DNA from: an uncultured Alphaproteobacteria bacterium
GTDB taxonomy: Bacteria; Pseudomonadota; Alphaproteobacteria; JAJFIK01
DNA: 64,000 nucleotides
Assembly (NCBI GenBank): GCA_964625525.1
Contig: CAZVEE010000008.1
Span: 1,764 to 65,763 of the forward strand
Reading direction: 5' to 3'
Both the position numbers and the translations under genes were made by a program. Positions 28,633 to 39,500 of this stretch are shown piece by piece; positions within the stretch are counted from its first letter, which is position 1; the number at the start of each line of letters is the position of its first letter. Under the pieces are notes generated by a model. That model saw nothing but the letters and a program-made list of their open reading frames with translations. It was not told the origin of the DNA and made no database searches.

Positions 28633-30357
28633 ATGCGCGTCGCCTTGGGAGGGATTGCGGTGGCAGTCTGCCTCGGGGCGGGGTTTCCCGATGCGCGTGC
28701 CCAAACCGTTCCCTCGTCCATCGATCCCACCGATCCGCGTGACCGGGTGCAGCCGCCCCGAGAAGACCCGGAGCTGCCGGCCCTATCTGTGCCGGCCTAT
28801 CGCGGCACCATCCCCCCCGGTGCGGACGGCATTCGCTTTGTCTTGTCCGATGTGGCGATTGATGGGGCCACGGTGCTGGACCGTGACGCGGTGCGCGAGC
28901 CGTTCGCCGGGTTGATCGGGCGCGAGATCTCCTTGGTTGAGTTGTACAACGCGGCCAATGCACTTCAGGCGGCCTATCGCCAGCAAGGCTATCTGCTGAC
29001 CAATGTGGTCGTGCCCGCCCAACGCATGAGCGATGGGGTCGCGCGCATCCGGGTCGTGGAGGGCTATGTGGGCAGCGTGGTGCTGCAGGGCGAAGTGGGC
29101 GAGGTGCGCAAACTCGTCGAGCAGACCATGGCGCGGTTACAGCGGATCCGCCCCGTGCGCGCGCAGGACATTGAGCGGTACCTGCTGCTTGCCAATGACA
29201 TTCCGGGTATTTCCGCGGCGGGCGTGTTGCGGCCAGGTGGCGGGGGGGCTGGAGCCACCCAGTTGCTGGTGGAGTTGCGCCGCGATCCGTTCGACGGTTT
29301 TGTCACCGTGAATAATCGCGGCTCGCAATTCACCGGGCCGTGGTCGGCCGCCGTCGGCCTGTCGGGCAACAGCTTCTCGCGGCTGGGAGAGCGCACGGAA
29401 GGCTTTTACTACATCACACTCGATACACAGGACTCCACGGCGTTCGGAAATGGCGGCGGGCCGGAACAGACGTTCATTTTCCTGTCTTACGAGGCGCGCC
29501 TGGGAGGCGAAGGGACGCGGGTGGGCGTTGAGGCCAGCCAAGGCATCAGCCGCCCGGGCTTTAGCCTCGCCAATCTCCAGATCAAAAACCGCGTCGACCG
29601 CTACACGGTGGATGTGAGCCATCCGCTGATCCGCAGCCGGCGGCGCAACCTGACTTTGTTCGGCTCGCTCGAAAGCGTGCTGGAAAAGGTCAATCTGGGC
29701 GGCCCGGCCCTGAGCAGTCGTGACCGCCTGACAGTGCTGGGCCTCGGCGCGGAGTATCATTTCCGCGACGGCGCGGTGCGCAACAAGGGGGCGGAGACGC
29801 GCACGACGCTGGAGCTGCGCCAGGGCCTGCCGGTGCTTGGCGCCACCGAGCAGGATGATTTCGACCGTTCACGCCCGGAAGGCACGGCGGTCTTCACGGC
29901 CTTGCGTGGGCGGGTGGAGCGGCGCCAGGAGCTGGGCGCGAGTTTCGAGGCCTTTGCGGCCGCCGAAGGGCAATACGCTTTTGACACCCTGTTGAGCCAA
30001 GCGGAATTCCGCGTCGGTGGCGATGAATTCGGCCGCGCGTTCGATCCCTCAGAATTGGCTGGCGAGCATGGCGCCGGAGCGGCGGTGGAACTGCGGTATA
30101 ATGGGACGACACCGTTGCGCGCCATTCCCAACTACCAGCTTTACGGCTTCTATGATTGGGGGATCGTGTTCAACAATGATGAGGGTTTCCGGGACTCTGA
30201 GTCTTTGGCCTCCACGGGTGTGGGGGCCCGGGCGCGGGTGAAGACCGACTTCTATGTGGATGTGGAATATGCCCGCACCCTGAACCGGTCGCTGGGCTCC
30301 AAGGCCCGCGAGGAGCCCTCGAACCTGGTCTTCGTGCGCTTCACGGCGCAGTACTGA
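28633..30357 (+). CDS. ShlB/FhaC/HecB-family two-partner-secretion outer-membrane transporter (TpsB)
   Basis: Signal peptide MRVALGGIAVAVCLGAGFPDARA. POTRA-type block FVLSDVAIDGATVLDRDAVREPFAGLIGREISLVELYNAANALQAAYRQQGYLLTNVVVPAQRMSDGVARIRVVEGYV. C-terminal beta-barrel ending ...FVRFTAQY. Confidence 0.9.
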   Translation: MRVALGGIAVAVCLGAGFPDARAQTVPSSIDPTDPRDRVQPPREDPELPALSVPAYRGTIPPGADGIRFVLSDVAIDGATVLDRDAVREPFAGLIGREISLVELYNAANALQAAYRQQGYLLTNVVVPAQRMSDGVARIRVVEGYVGSVVLQGEVGEVRKLVEQTMARLQRIRPVRAQDIERYLLLANDIPGISAAGVLRPGGGGAGATQLLVELRRDPFDGFVTVNNRGSQFTGPWSAAVGLSGNSFSRLGERTEGFYYITLDTQDSTAFGNGGGPEQTFIFLSYEARLGGEGTRVGVEASQGISRPGFSLANLQIKNRVDRYTVDVSHPLIRSRRRNLTLFGSLESVLEKVNLGGPALSSRDRLTVLGLGAEYHFRDGAVRNKGAETRTTLELRQGLPVLGATEQDDFDRSRPEGTAVFTALRGRVERRQELGASFEAFAAAEGQYAFDTLLSQAEFRVGGDEFGRAFDPSELAGEHGAGAAVELRYNGTTPLRAIPNYQLYGFYDWGIVFNNDEGFRDSESLASTGVGARARVKTDFYVDVEYARTLNRSLGSKAREEPSNLVFVRFTAQY

Positions 30358-30367
30358 GGGGCGCGCG

Positions 30368-33300
30368 ATGGACATGACCGCACGCAGCAGCAAACGGCGC
30401 CGGGCGCGCCGGGCGACCTGGATGGGTGCCTTGCGGCATGGGGCCTCGGTCGCGGTGCTGGCCTCGCTGACGGCGTTACCGGTGCTGGCGAACCCTTCGG
30501 GCGGCACCATTCCGGAGGGCGGCGGCGCGGGCGAGATCGTGGATATTGATCCGTCTACGGTGGAAGTGCGCCAAGACAGTCAGCGCCTGATCATCGACTG
30601 GGATAGTTTCGATATCGAGGCGGGCGAGACCACGCGCTTTGTGCAGCCGGGGGCCGACGCCGTCGTTTTGAACCGGGTGACGGGCGGTGGCGGGCTCTCC
30701 TCGATCCTGGGCACCCTGGAAGCCAATGGCCAAGTGTTCCTGATCAACCCCGCCGGGGTGCTGATCGGCAACGGCGCCACTGTGAACGTACACAGCTTTG
30801 TCGCCACCACGGCCGATATCAGCAATCAGAACTTTCTCGACGGCGAGTTGATCTTCAATACGCCCAGCGCCGCGCTTGGCGCGGCAATTGTCAATGAAGG
30901 GACCATCAGTGTCGCCGAGGCAGGCCTTGCCGCCCTTGTCGGCCCCTCCGTCCGCAATAGCGGTGTGGTGGCCGCGCGACTGGGGCGCACGGTGCTGGCC
31001 GGGGCAGAGACCTTTACGCTCGATCTGACCGGGGACAATCTGATTTCCTTTGAAGTGCCGTCCGATGGCTTCGTGCCCATGGTGGCGCAGGAGGGCACGA
31101 TCAACGTGGATGGCGGCATCGTCTATATGACTGCTCAGACCGCCGCCGGTATCATCGACACGGTCATCAGCATGGAGGGCGTCGTCGAGGCGCGCTCGGT
31201 GGGCCTGGAGAATGGCGAGGTCGTCCTCTACGGCGGCCCCGGCGGTACCGTCGCGGTGACCGGCAGCATCGACGCCACAGGCGATGACGGCGGTGAGACA
31301 GGCGGGCGGATCGCCGTTTCCGGTGCTCGCGTTGTCCTGGACGATGCCGTGCTTGACGCAAGCGGTGCCGCCGGTGGCGGCGATATTGCCGTGGGCGGAC
31401 GGTTCGTGGACGCCGGCCCCGGAGACGAGCCGGTTGTCACCGAGGCTCAGGATGTTGTGTTCGACGCAGGCTCCACCGTTGCCGCCGACGCGACAGTGGC
31501 GGGACGGGGCGGCTCGGTCACCTTGACCGCCACCGACATGGTCACTTCCGATGGAACGGGCAGTGTGACCGGACCCGATGGCGGCGGCTCGGTGCTTCTT
31601 GATGCCGGCGGCGCGCTTGACGTGGACGGTGCTTGGGACACCGGCCCCGATGCCACGTTCACCGTGCGGGCCGATGTGGTGGGGGTCAATGCGGGCGGCG
31701 TGGATCCGGCCATCGTGGCGCAAGTGCTGGCCGAGGGCGGCGATGTCACCGTCGCATCGGCCAGTGACGTGTTCCTGTCCGTGGGCTTTGGCACGGGAAC
31801 CGCGACAGATGCGGGCAATCTGACCGTGACTGCCGTGGAGCGGGTGGTGATCGCCCCTGGCGTAACCATTGAGCTGACCGGCGGAGACCTGGCGCTGTCG
31901 GGTGCTGCGATCGATATGGGTGCGGGCAGCGGGCTGACCGTCACCAATGGCGTGCTCTCGCTGGATGTTCTTGGGGACGTGTCCATTGGCACGCTGACGG
32001 TGATCCAGGAGGGCGCGGGTGCGGCCAGTCTCGCCCTGAGCAGCGGCGGCTTCATTGACGCGCTGGATGCGGACAACCCCTCGCTCGTTTTCGAGGGCGC
32101 GGTGGATGTGGCGCTGAGCGGTATCGGCATTGGCGTGGGGGCGCCGTTGCGCATGGATGCCGGGCCGGATGGGGGGACGCTGAACCTAACCACATTGGCC
32201 GGTGCCGGGGGCGGGGTGCAAGCGATCCTGACGGCGGGCAGTGCCTTCGACAGCGTGGCCGTGAACCTGGCGGATGCCAGCCATGGCGTTGATATTGTCC
32301 TGCCTTTGGGCGACCGGGTGCTGGTAACCCCAGGGCTTGGTGTCAGCACGCTGAGTAATGTGACCTTGACCGCGGCAGGGAGCGACTTTGCGTTTGCGCT
32401 CACCGAGGCGGGGGGCATCGTCCGGGTGGCCAGCGGCACGGTCACCAGCCCTGGGGACGTGTCGCTCTCCGCGCTGGGAGACCTGATTATCGGCACTGGG
32501 CCGGGCGTTGCCATCGCCATGACGGGGGTGAATGGGCTGCTCACGCTGGAGTCCGGCGGTAGTATTTTGTCCTCCAGCGGTCTGATCGATGTGGGGTTGG
32601 GCGGACGATTGTCTTTCGAGGCGACCGGTGATGCGGGCCGTCGCGACGCGCCGTTGCTCCTCACGGGCGCGACCCAGGTGGCCGGAACGGCTGGCGGTGA
32701 CATCGCCTTGCGGCTGAACGGGCCCGGGGTGCTGGGCATTGGCGAAGCGGGCGGCCGGTCCGGCCTGACGGCGACCGCCGGCGCGATTACCCTCGGGGCA
32801 GATGATGTCGCGATCGCGCAGGCGATCACGGCGGCGACCACGGTGAGCCTGGCGACCGTCAGCCCCGGCACGGTGTTTACGGTCGGGGGCGCGGATGGCG
32901 AGAGCGGCCTGACGGCGGCCGAGCTGGCACTGATCGCGGCGGATCTGCTGGAGATCGCGGCAAGCGGCGGCACGCTCAGCGTTGCTGGTGCTGGCGATGT
33001 TGACCTGTCAGCGGCCGCGTTCGACGTGACACTCAGTGCTGATACCATCCTGTTTAATGACGCGGGCACACTGACCCTCGCGCCGGACGCGGTGGCCCGC
33101 CTTGCGGGCGTAAGCATTCTGGGCGGTGGCACGCGCAGTGATTTGGCAGCGGCGAACGGGGCGCTGTTGATCGATGCCAGCGGGGCAGTCGTGCTTTCCA
33201 CGGCGCTCGCCCAAATCGCTGGGACGAGCGGCAGCCTGATCCTCGAAAATGCTGGTGCCCTCAGTGTGGGGACCGTTGACGGGGTTGAGGGGCTCACCAC

Positions 33301-36300
33301 CGATCAAGGCGCCAGCCTGACGGCGCAAGGCGGTGCGCTCACTCTGGAGCGGATTGTAACCACTGGCGGCGAGACGGGTCTGGCGGCGGACGGTGATGTG
33401 CGTTTCGGCACCGAGGGCGGCCTTGATGCCCAGACCCATGACGAGGCGGTGTCGATCGTGAGCGCGGCCGGGGCACTGGCCCTCGAGGACGGCACGTTCG
33501 CCCTTGCAGGCAATACGCTGTTACTGCGTGCCGGGCTCGCCATCGCGGCGGTGATCCAAGGCACGGCGGACAAGACCGTGACGCTCGCCGGCGACGCGGC
33601 GACTGGTGATCTGAACGTGACCCTGGCGGATGGGGCCCTCGCCATTGGGACCATCGGCGACACGGCAGGCCTCAGCGTGCCGCAGGGCAGCATTGCGCTG
33701 ATCACCGATAGCCTCGACATCGGCGCGCCGGTGGCCGCGGAGACGAGTATTCTGATCGCAGCCCTTTCAGCGGACACGGAATTTGCGCTGGCCAGCGCCG
33801 CCCCTGGGCTGGCTTTAAGCCAGGCGGAAGCGCGGTTGCTGGAGACCCTTGGCACGGTGACGCTTCGGGCGGGCAGCGCAGCGGCGATGCGCCTGAGCGA
33901 CGATACGGTGCTGGATCTCACGCCGGTGGACTGGTCGGCATTGTCGCTGCAGGCGGCGACGATCTTGGCCGGTGGCTCGCTGTTGACGGACGGTACGGCG
34001 CTTGATGTCGCCGCGCCGGTGGTCCTGACCCGGACGGTCATCTTCGATACGGCGGCGGCCGGTAGTGCGGGGGCAGATCTCTTTGTGGCCGGGCCGGTCG
34101 CGGTGGCACCGGGTGGCCCCTTTGGGATCAGCGCGCTTGCCGGCACAGCCGGTGCCGTGACTTTCAACGGAGCGGTCGGCACCGTTGACGCGCCGCTTGC
34201 GGCCTTCACCGCCAGTGGTGAACGCATAGCCGCACAAGACATCATCGCGCGGGGCCCTGTGAGCCTTGTGGGCCTGTCCGGCGTCACGTTGGGCGGGGAC
34301 GGCGATGGCCTGTCAGTGATCGCGCAGGGCGATGCCTTAAGCGTCTCCGGTCCGCTGGCTCTGTTGGAAGAGGCGCTGTTGAGCACCGCGACGGCGGCGG
34401 GCCTGGGCGGGCCTATTGGCCTCGACGCGGTGACGCTGAACGGCTTTGGCCTGACCCTTGATGCGGGGACGGACGGTGCCATTACCGCCACATCCGTCAG
34501 CGGTGGTGCGGGCCGGACTGGTCTGTTGGACATCGCCCGCGCCGACAGCGTCGTGGTGGCCGAAACGCTGACCCTCGATCGATTGCGGCTGCAAGACCTG
34601 ACGACACTGGCGCAGGTGAGCGGCGCCTTTAACCTCAACGCCCTTGAGATCGCGGCCTCGCCGGCGCAGGTGCGCTTCTTTGGTGGCGGCACGGTGGTGG
34701 ATTTCGTCGGCCCGCTGAACACCGGTGGTCTGACCCTGGGCGGTGGCGGGACTTATGACTTCGTGACGGGGCTCCAAGCGCTCGCCAGCCCTGTGATCTT
34801 GGACGCGAGTGTTCGCGCCGGGGGAGCGGGTCTGGTGGTCGCGGATGTGACGCTGACTGGAGACACGGCGCTGACCACGGCCGATGGCGGACCCATCACG
34901 CTTGGTGTGGTGACTGCGGATGGTCAGGCGCTGAGCCTTGATGCCGGTGCCACGGGCGCGGTGACAGTGGCCCGTGTCCTCAATGGAATGGACGGGGCGC
35001 CGCGAGGCGCTTTCACCCTGGTGAACGCGGGCTCGGCGATCATTGACGGTCCGCTGCGGGCCAGCGCAGTGGCGTTCCAGCCGGGCCAGGGCAGTGTGAT
35101 CGTAACCGGGGGCCTGGAGGCAGACAGTGTAACCGTCGCCGCCCAACCCTTTACACTGGCGCTGCTCGACGGCGCGCGGGTGCGCGACGCTGTGGCCTTC
35201 CAAAATCTCAGCGGTCTCACCCTCGGCGATGCGATGACGGATGTCTTCGCCTTTGACGGCGGGTTTAGCGCGCCCAATGCGGTGACGCGTCTCGCGGGCA
35301 CGGTCCAGACCATCGACGCGCCGATCACTGTCGGGACGGTGGTGCTGGATGCGAACACCGTGCTGTCCACGGTGGGGCCGAGCGGGGGCAGCGCGATCCG
35401 GATCGGCGGACCGGTCACGGGTGGCGGGATGGTCGGGCAGGGCCTGAGCGTGATCGGCGGCACCGCTGGCAGCATCCTGCTCGAAGGCGATGTGGGGGCC
35501 GACGGCACCATCACGGCGGCGGCGTTCGAGGCGGCAGCGATCAGTGTTCAGGATATTTTCACCCGTGACGGCGTGATTTTCGTCGCGCGCAATCCGGATG
35601 GCTCCGCCGGCATCGTCACGCTCAACAGCCGGTATGAAACCGGTGGCGGAGATCTGGTTGTTGACGCCAATGTGCGGTTCACGGGCGACCTGATCATCGA
35701 CACGACCGATGGCGGTTTGGTGCAAAGCGGCACGGTCACCTTGGGCCAGGATGGTGCGGCCATCGATCCGCTATCGTCGGACTCGGTGGTCAGCGTCATC
35801 GCCGGAGAGACCGTGCGCATTGGTGGTGTGCTCACCGAAGATGCGGGCTCGCTGGACCGCTTCACCATTTCCGCCGCATCGGGCGTGGAAATCGCCGGCG
35901 GCGTCTTCGGCGACGCCCTGATCGTGGAAAGCGGTGCCTTCAATGGCGATCCGACGGCCATTGCGAACCAGGACATTTCGATCACCGGGCCGCTGCTGGT
36001 TGCTGGCACGGCCGATTTCTCGGCCACTGGGTCTATCCTGATCAACGACACGTTCACCGCCCAGACGGCGAACCTGTGGGCGATCAATGACGTCACGGTG
36101 CGCGCGCCTCTGACGGCTGCTGTCTTGCAACTGGAGTTGGATGGGATCGCCGAGACGACCGGTGATGGCTTCCTGACCATCACGGACAGTTTCCTGATCG
36201 GGAGCCTGACGGAGGGACAAGGGCGGTCTGACTTGAAAGGCGAGATCCGCGGCGTGCGCTCTGATGATGCCGCGCTGTTTGGGCGCCAGCTCAGCGAGCG

Positions 36301-36526
36301 GCCGAATGAAGCTTTCTTGCTCAATGGCTGCGTGGTGTCGGTGGGCTGTTTGCAGCTTGATCGCTCAACGATCGTCTTGCGCAGCTTCGAGATCGTGAAC
36401 CAACCGTTCGAGGCCGATGAGGCGAATGCGGAATTGCGCTTCTCCGATCTCGGCAATTTCGAAATCTTCCGCCGGCTGGGCATCATCAATATCTGGGCCG
36501 ATCAAGAGGACGAGGATGAGGACTGA
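30368..36526 (+). CDS. filamentous-hemagglutinin-type TpsA exoprotein (2052 aa)
   Basis: N-terminal TPS secretion domain (IIDWDSFDIEAGETTRFVQPGADAVVLNRVTGGGGLSSILGTLEANGQVFLINPAGVLIGNGATVNV). About 1800 aa of G/A/T/V/L-rich beta-helix-like sequence. Starts 11 nt after the tpsB stop. Confidence 0.9.
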   Translation: MDMTARSSKRRRARRATWMGALRHGASVAVLASLTALPVLANPSGGTIPEGGGAGEIVDIDPSTVEVRQDSQRLIIDWDSFDIEAGETTRFVQPGADAVVLNRVTGGGGLSSILGTLEANGQVFLINPAGVLIGNGATVNVHSFVATTADISNQNFLDGELIFNTPSAALGAAIVNEGTISVAEAGLAALVGPSVRNSGVVAARLGRTVLAGAETFTLDLTGDNLISFEVPSDGFVPMVAQEGTINVDGGIVYMTAQTAAGIIDTVISMEGVVEARSVGLENGEVVLYGGPGGTVAVTGSIDATGDDGGETGGRIAVSGARVVLDDAVLDASGAAGGGDIAVGGRFVDAGPGDEPVVTEAQDVVFDAGSTVAADATVAGRGGSVTLTATDMVTSDGTGSVTGPDGGGSVLLDAGGALDVDGAWDTGPDATFTVRADVVGVNAGGVDPAIVAQVLAEGGDVTVASASDVFLSVGFGTGTATDAGNLTVTAVERVVIAPGVTIELTGGDLALSGAAIDMGAGSGLTVTNGVLSLDVLGDVSIGTLTVIQEGAGAASLALSSGGFIDALDADNPSLVFEGAVDVALSGIGIGVGAPLRMDAGPDGGTLNLTTLAGAGGGVQAILTAGSAFDSVAVNLADASHGVDIVLPLGDRVLVTPGLGVSTLSNVTLTAAGSDFAFALTEAGGIVRVASGTVTSPGDVSLSALGDLIIGTGPGVAIAMTGVNGLLTLESGGSILSSSGLIDVGLGGRLSFEATGDAGRRDAPLLLTGATQVAGTAGGDIALRLNGPGVLGIGEAGGRSGLTATAGAITLGADDVAIAQAITAATTVSLATVSPGTVFTVGGADGESGLTAAELALIAADLLEIAASGGTLSVAGAGDVDLSAAAFDVTLSADTILFNDAGTLTLAPDAVARLAGVSILGGGTRSDLAAANGALLIDASGAVVLSTALAQIAGTSGSLILENAGALSVGTVDGVEGLTTDQGASLTAQGGALTLERIVTTGGETGLAADGDVRFGTEGGLDAQTHDEAVSIVSAAGALALEDGTFALAGNTLLLRAGLAIAAVIQGTADKTVTLAGDAATGDLNVTLADGALAIGTIGDTAGLSVPQGSIALITDSLDIGAPVAAETSILIAALSADTEFALASAAPGLALSQAEARLLETLGTVTLRAGSAAAMRLSDDTVLDLTPVDWSALSLQAATILAGGSLLTDGTALDVAAPVVLTRTVIFDTAAAGSAGADLFVAGPVAVAPGGPFGISALAGTAGAVTFNGAVGTVDAPLAAFTASGERIAAQDIIARGPVSLVGLSGVTLGGDGDGLSVIAQGDALSVSGPLALLEEALLSTATAAGLGGPIGLDAVTLNGFGLTLDAGTDGAITATSVSGGAGRTGLLDIARADSVVVAETLTLDRLRLQDLTTLAQVSGAFNLNALEIAASPAQVRFFGGGTVVDFVGPLNTGGLTLGGGGTYDFVTGLQALASPVILDASVRAGGAGLVVADVTLTGDTALTTADGGPITLGVVTADGQALSLDAGATGAVTVARVLNGMDGAPRGAFTLVNAGSAIIDGPLRASAVAFQPGQGSVIVTGGLEADSVTVAAQPFTLALLDGARVRDAVAFQNLSGLTLGDAMTDVFAFDGGFSAPNAVTRLAGTVQTIDAPITVGTVVLDANTVLSTVGPSGGSAIRIGGPVTGGGMVGQGLSVIGGTAGSILLEGDVGADGTITAAAFEAAAISVQDIFTRDGVIFVARNPDGSAGIVTLNSRYETGGGDLVVDANVRFTGDLIIDTTDGGLVQSGTVTLGQDGAAIDPLSSDSVVSVIAGETVRIGGVLTEDAGSLDRFTISAASGVEIAGGVFGDALIVESGAFNGDPTAIANQDISITGPLLVAGTADFSATGSILINDTFTAQTANLWAINDVTVRAPLTAAVLQLELDGIAETTGDGFLTITDSFLIGSLTEGQGRSDLKGEIRGVRSDDAALFGRQLSERPNEAFLLNGCVVSVGCLQLDRSTIVLRSFEIVNQPFEADEANAELRFSDLGNFEIFRRLGIINIWADQEDEDED

Positions 36527-39500
36527 GGGCGTGCGCACAACAGCATGGGGGATCCTGCGGGCGCTCACGGTCGGGCTCGTTGGCTTGGTGGCCGCATGCG
36601 CGACGCCGCCCGGCCTGCTGTCGGCGGATTTCGACGGCACCATTACGCGCCCCGACCTGATCGTGACATCTGTGGGGCGCAATGCCATCGGCGAGACCTG
36701 CCGGCTGAAGGCCGATCCGGACGCGGCGCGGGTGAGCGGCGAGACTCACTATGTCATTCAGTGTGGGGAGTGGGAGACGCCGAGCGCCACGATCGTGCAA
36801 GTCGCGGCCGGGACGCCCAGCGGCCCGGGCTCCGACCTTTGGGCGCGCGCCATCGCGATCGACTTGGATTGCGGCGAGCCGAGCGCGCTTGGCTTTCAGG
36901 GCATGGGCCCCTCGCGCCGCTATGACTGCCGGCTGAAGACAGGCGGCTGGACCATGACCGCCTTTGAGGGCGAGGCGGGCGGCGCGCGCTATGTGGGGCG
37001 CAGCATTCCGGTCTCTCTGGGGCCGGTGGAGCGAGCCATTGGTTTTCTGTCGGGTCGCTTGAGCGCGGCCCAGGCGGGCGGCGAGGATGCTGCGCGCGGT
37101 GAGCGCACCCGCGCGATCGCCGAGCTGGAAGCGGAACTGGGCGGGCGGACTTATACGGCCGGCGATATCGAAAGCTATGACAAGCTGCTCGATGTGGCGT
37201 CTTATTATAACAGCATTGGGAATTATCCGGTCTCGGAGAAATATTACCGCGATGCGCTGGATGTGCTTCAGCGCAATTTGGATGCCGATGATCCGGCGCT
37301 GGCTGATCCATTGATGCGGTTGGGGCTGGCGCTGAGCAGCCAGGGCAATTTCCGCGACGCCGATGAGGTATTCGCCCGCGCCGAGCGTCTGGCGGCGGCG
37401 GATATTGACCCGCTGAGCAGCCTGCGTCTTCAGATCTATCAATCCATGCATCTGGCGCATCAGCAGCGTTGCGCTGAAGCCTTGGCGATTTTGGAGCCAG
37501 CGCAACGCGCATTGGCGGCGCTGGCCAACCGGGAAGCGGGCGGCGGGGAAGCGGTCCTGCGCACCGGGTCTTCGGCGGGGGCCGGTGTGGAGTTCGCGCT
37601 CAGTTTGGGCTTTGAAGCCGCGTTGCATTTGTGCCTGAACAGTCTGACGCGGGCGGAGAACACAGTGGACCGGGCCATGGCGGAACTCTCCCGCCTGACC
37701 GCGACACCACAGGAATGGCGCTGGGTGTTCGCCTCGTTGCGCGCTGAAATTCTGCGCCGCCAACGCATCTATGCGGGCGGGCGCCAGGAACTCACGACGA
37801 CCATCGCGGAGCGGCGCCGGGTGCTTGATCCCTCGCGCCCCGAAGCCATCGATCTCCTGGCCTTGGGTCAGATCCAGGCCCAGGAAAACCGGCCCGAGGC
37901 GGCCATGGAAGCCTATGAGCGCGGTCTGGCTATTGTGCGCGAGAACAATGACGGCCTCAGCCTTGATCAGGTGTTGCCCTATCTGAAAGTGCTCTACACC
38001 CAGGCCGAGGAAAACCCAGATGATGCGCGCGAGAACAGCCTAAAGCTGTTCGATGCGGCCCAGATCGTGCGGGATTCCGTCACCGCCCAGACGATTTCGC
38101 AAATGGCCGCGCAACTGGCCAGCGGTGACGCGGAAGTGGCGGTGCTGGCGCGGGAATTATTCGAGCTGCGCCGTGACATCAACGACTTGAACTTGTCCAT
38201 TGACCGGGCATTGGCGCGCCCCGACGCTCAGGCTCGGCTGGACGAAATCGACGCCATGCAGGACCGGCGCGACGACTTGCGTGAAGAGCGGGCCCGCATC
38301 GACCAGACGCTGCAAAGTGCGGCGCCCCGCTTTAACCAGCTCATGATGGAACCGGTGGCGACCGAGCGCGTGATGGACGCGCTGGGCCCGGACGAAGCCA
38401 TGATCCAGATCCTGCTGGGTGAGCAGGAAAGTGTGTCGATCCTCATCACCCGTGACGGGATCACGCCAGTTTTCCGCTCTCTTGGTGCTGATGAGGTGGG
38501 CGATGCGGTGCTGCGCTTGCGCCAGGGCTTGGTGATTGACCGGGAGCAGCGGCTTGGCTCTTTCGATACCGATCTGGCGCATGCGGTCTATAACGCCTTT
38601 ATCGAACCGTTCGAAGCTCAGCTTGCCGACAAACGCCATCTGATCATGGTGCCTTCGGGGCCGCTATTGAGCCTGCCGCTCGGGGTCCTGGTGCGCGAGC
38701 CGGCTGTTGTGCGGCGTGAGGATTATCGGGACGTGGCGTGGCTGGCGCGGGATTTCGCCATCAGCATCGTGCCGTCGCCGCGCAATCTGGTGGATCTGCG
38801 CTCCACCGTGCGCCCCAGCGTGGCGCCAGAGCCGTTTATCGGCTATGGCGATTTCCAACCGGTGTTCGATCGCGAACCGGTGGACGGCGACAGTTGCGCC
38901 GCGCGCCTGTACCGGGCCGTGCGCAATGCCCAACGGTTACCGGAGACGGGGCAGGAGCTTTTGGATGTGGCACGGGCGCTCGGGGCGTCGGCACGGTCGG
39001 TGCGGCTGGGGCGCTCCTTCACCGAAGCCGCAGTGCGGCGCGAGGCTTTGGACCGCTACCGGATCGTGTATTTCGCGACCCACGGCTTTATGCCGGCCGG
39101 AGACAATTGCCTCAACGAACCGGCGCTTCTGGCCACGCCGGGCTTGAGCGAAGCGGGGGAGGCGGATAATGGCCTCTTGCGCCTGAGCGATGTGGTGTCG
39201 TTGAACCTTGATGCGGATATGGTGGTGTTGTCGGCGTGTAACACGGGCGGGGGCGATGGCACGGGCGGGGAAGCACTCAGTGGCCTGGCCCGCGGCTTTT
39301 TCTACAGTGGGGCCCGCTCGCTGCTGGTGTCGCATTGGTATGTGGAAAGTGCGGCATCGCGGGATCTGATGACAACGCTGTTCTATCTTCAGCGTTCAAA
39401 CACGACACTGGGGTCTGCCGAGGCTATGCGCCGGGCGCGCCAGTCTCTCATGGTCAGCGAAGACGGTCCGTACACAGCCTATCGCTCTCATCCAACCTTC

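Noticed and set aside
30476-36489. A series of very long minus-strand ORFs (30476-31723, 31447-33300, 33304-34722, 34337-35725, 35548-36489) antisense to tpsA.
   Set aside because: Their composition is dominated by Arg, Pro, Ser, Ala and His, which is typical of antisense frames in high-GC repetitive DNA. The + strand frame carries an unmistakable TPS domain and a continuous 2052-aa ORF.
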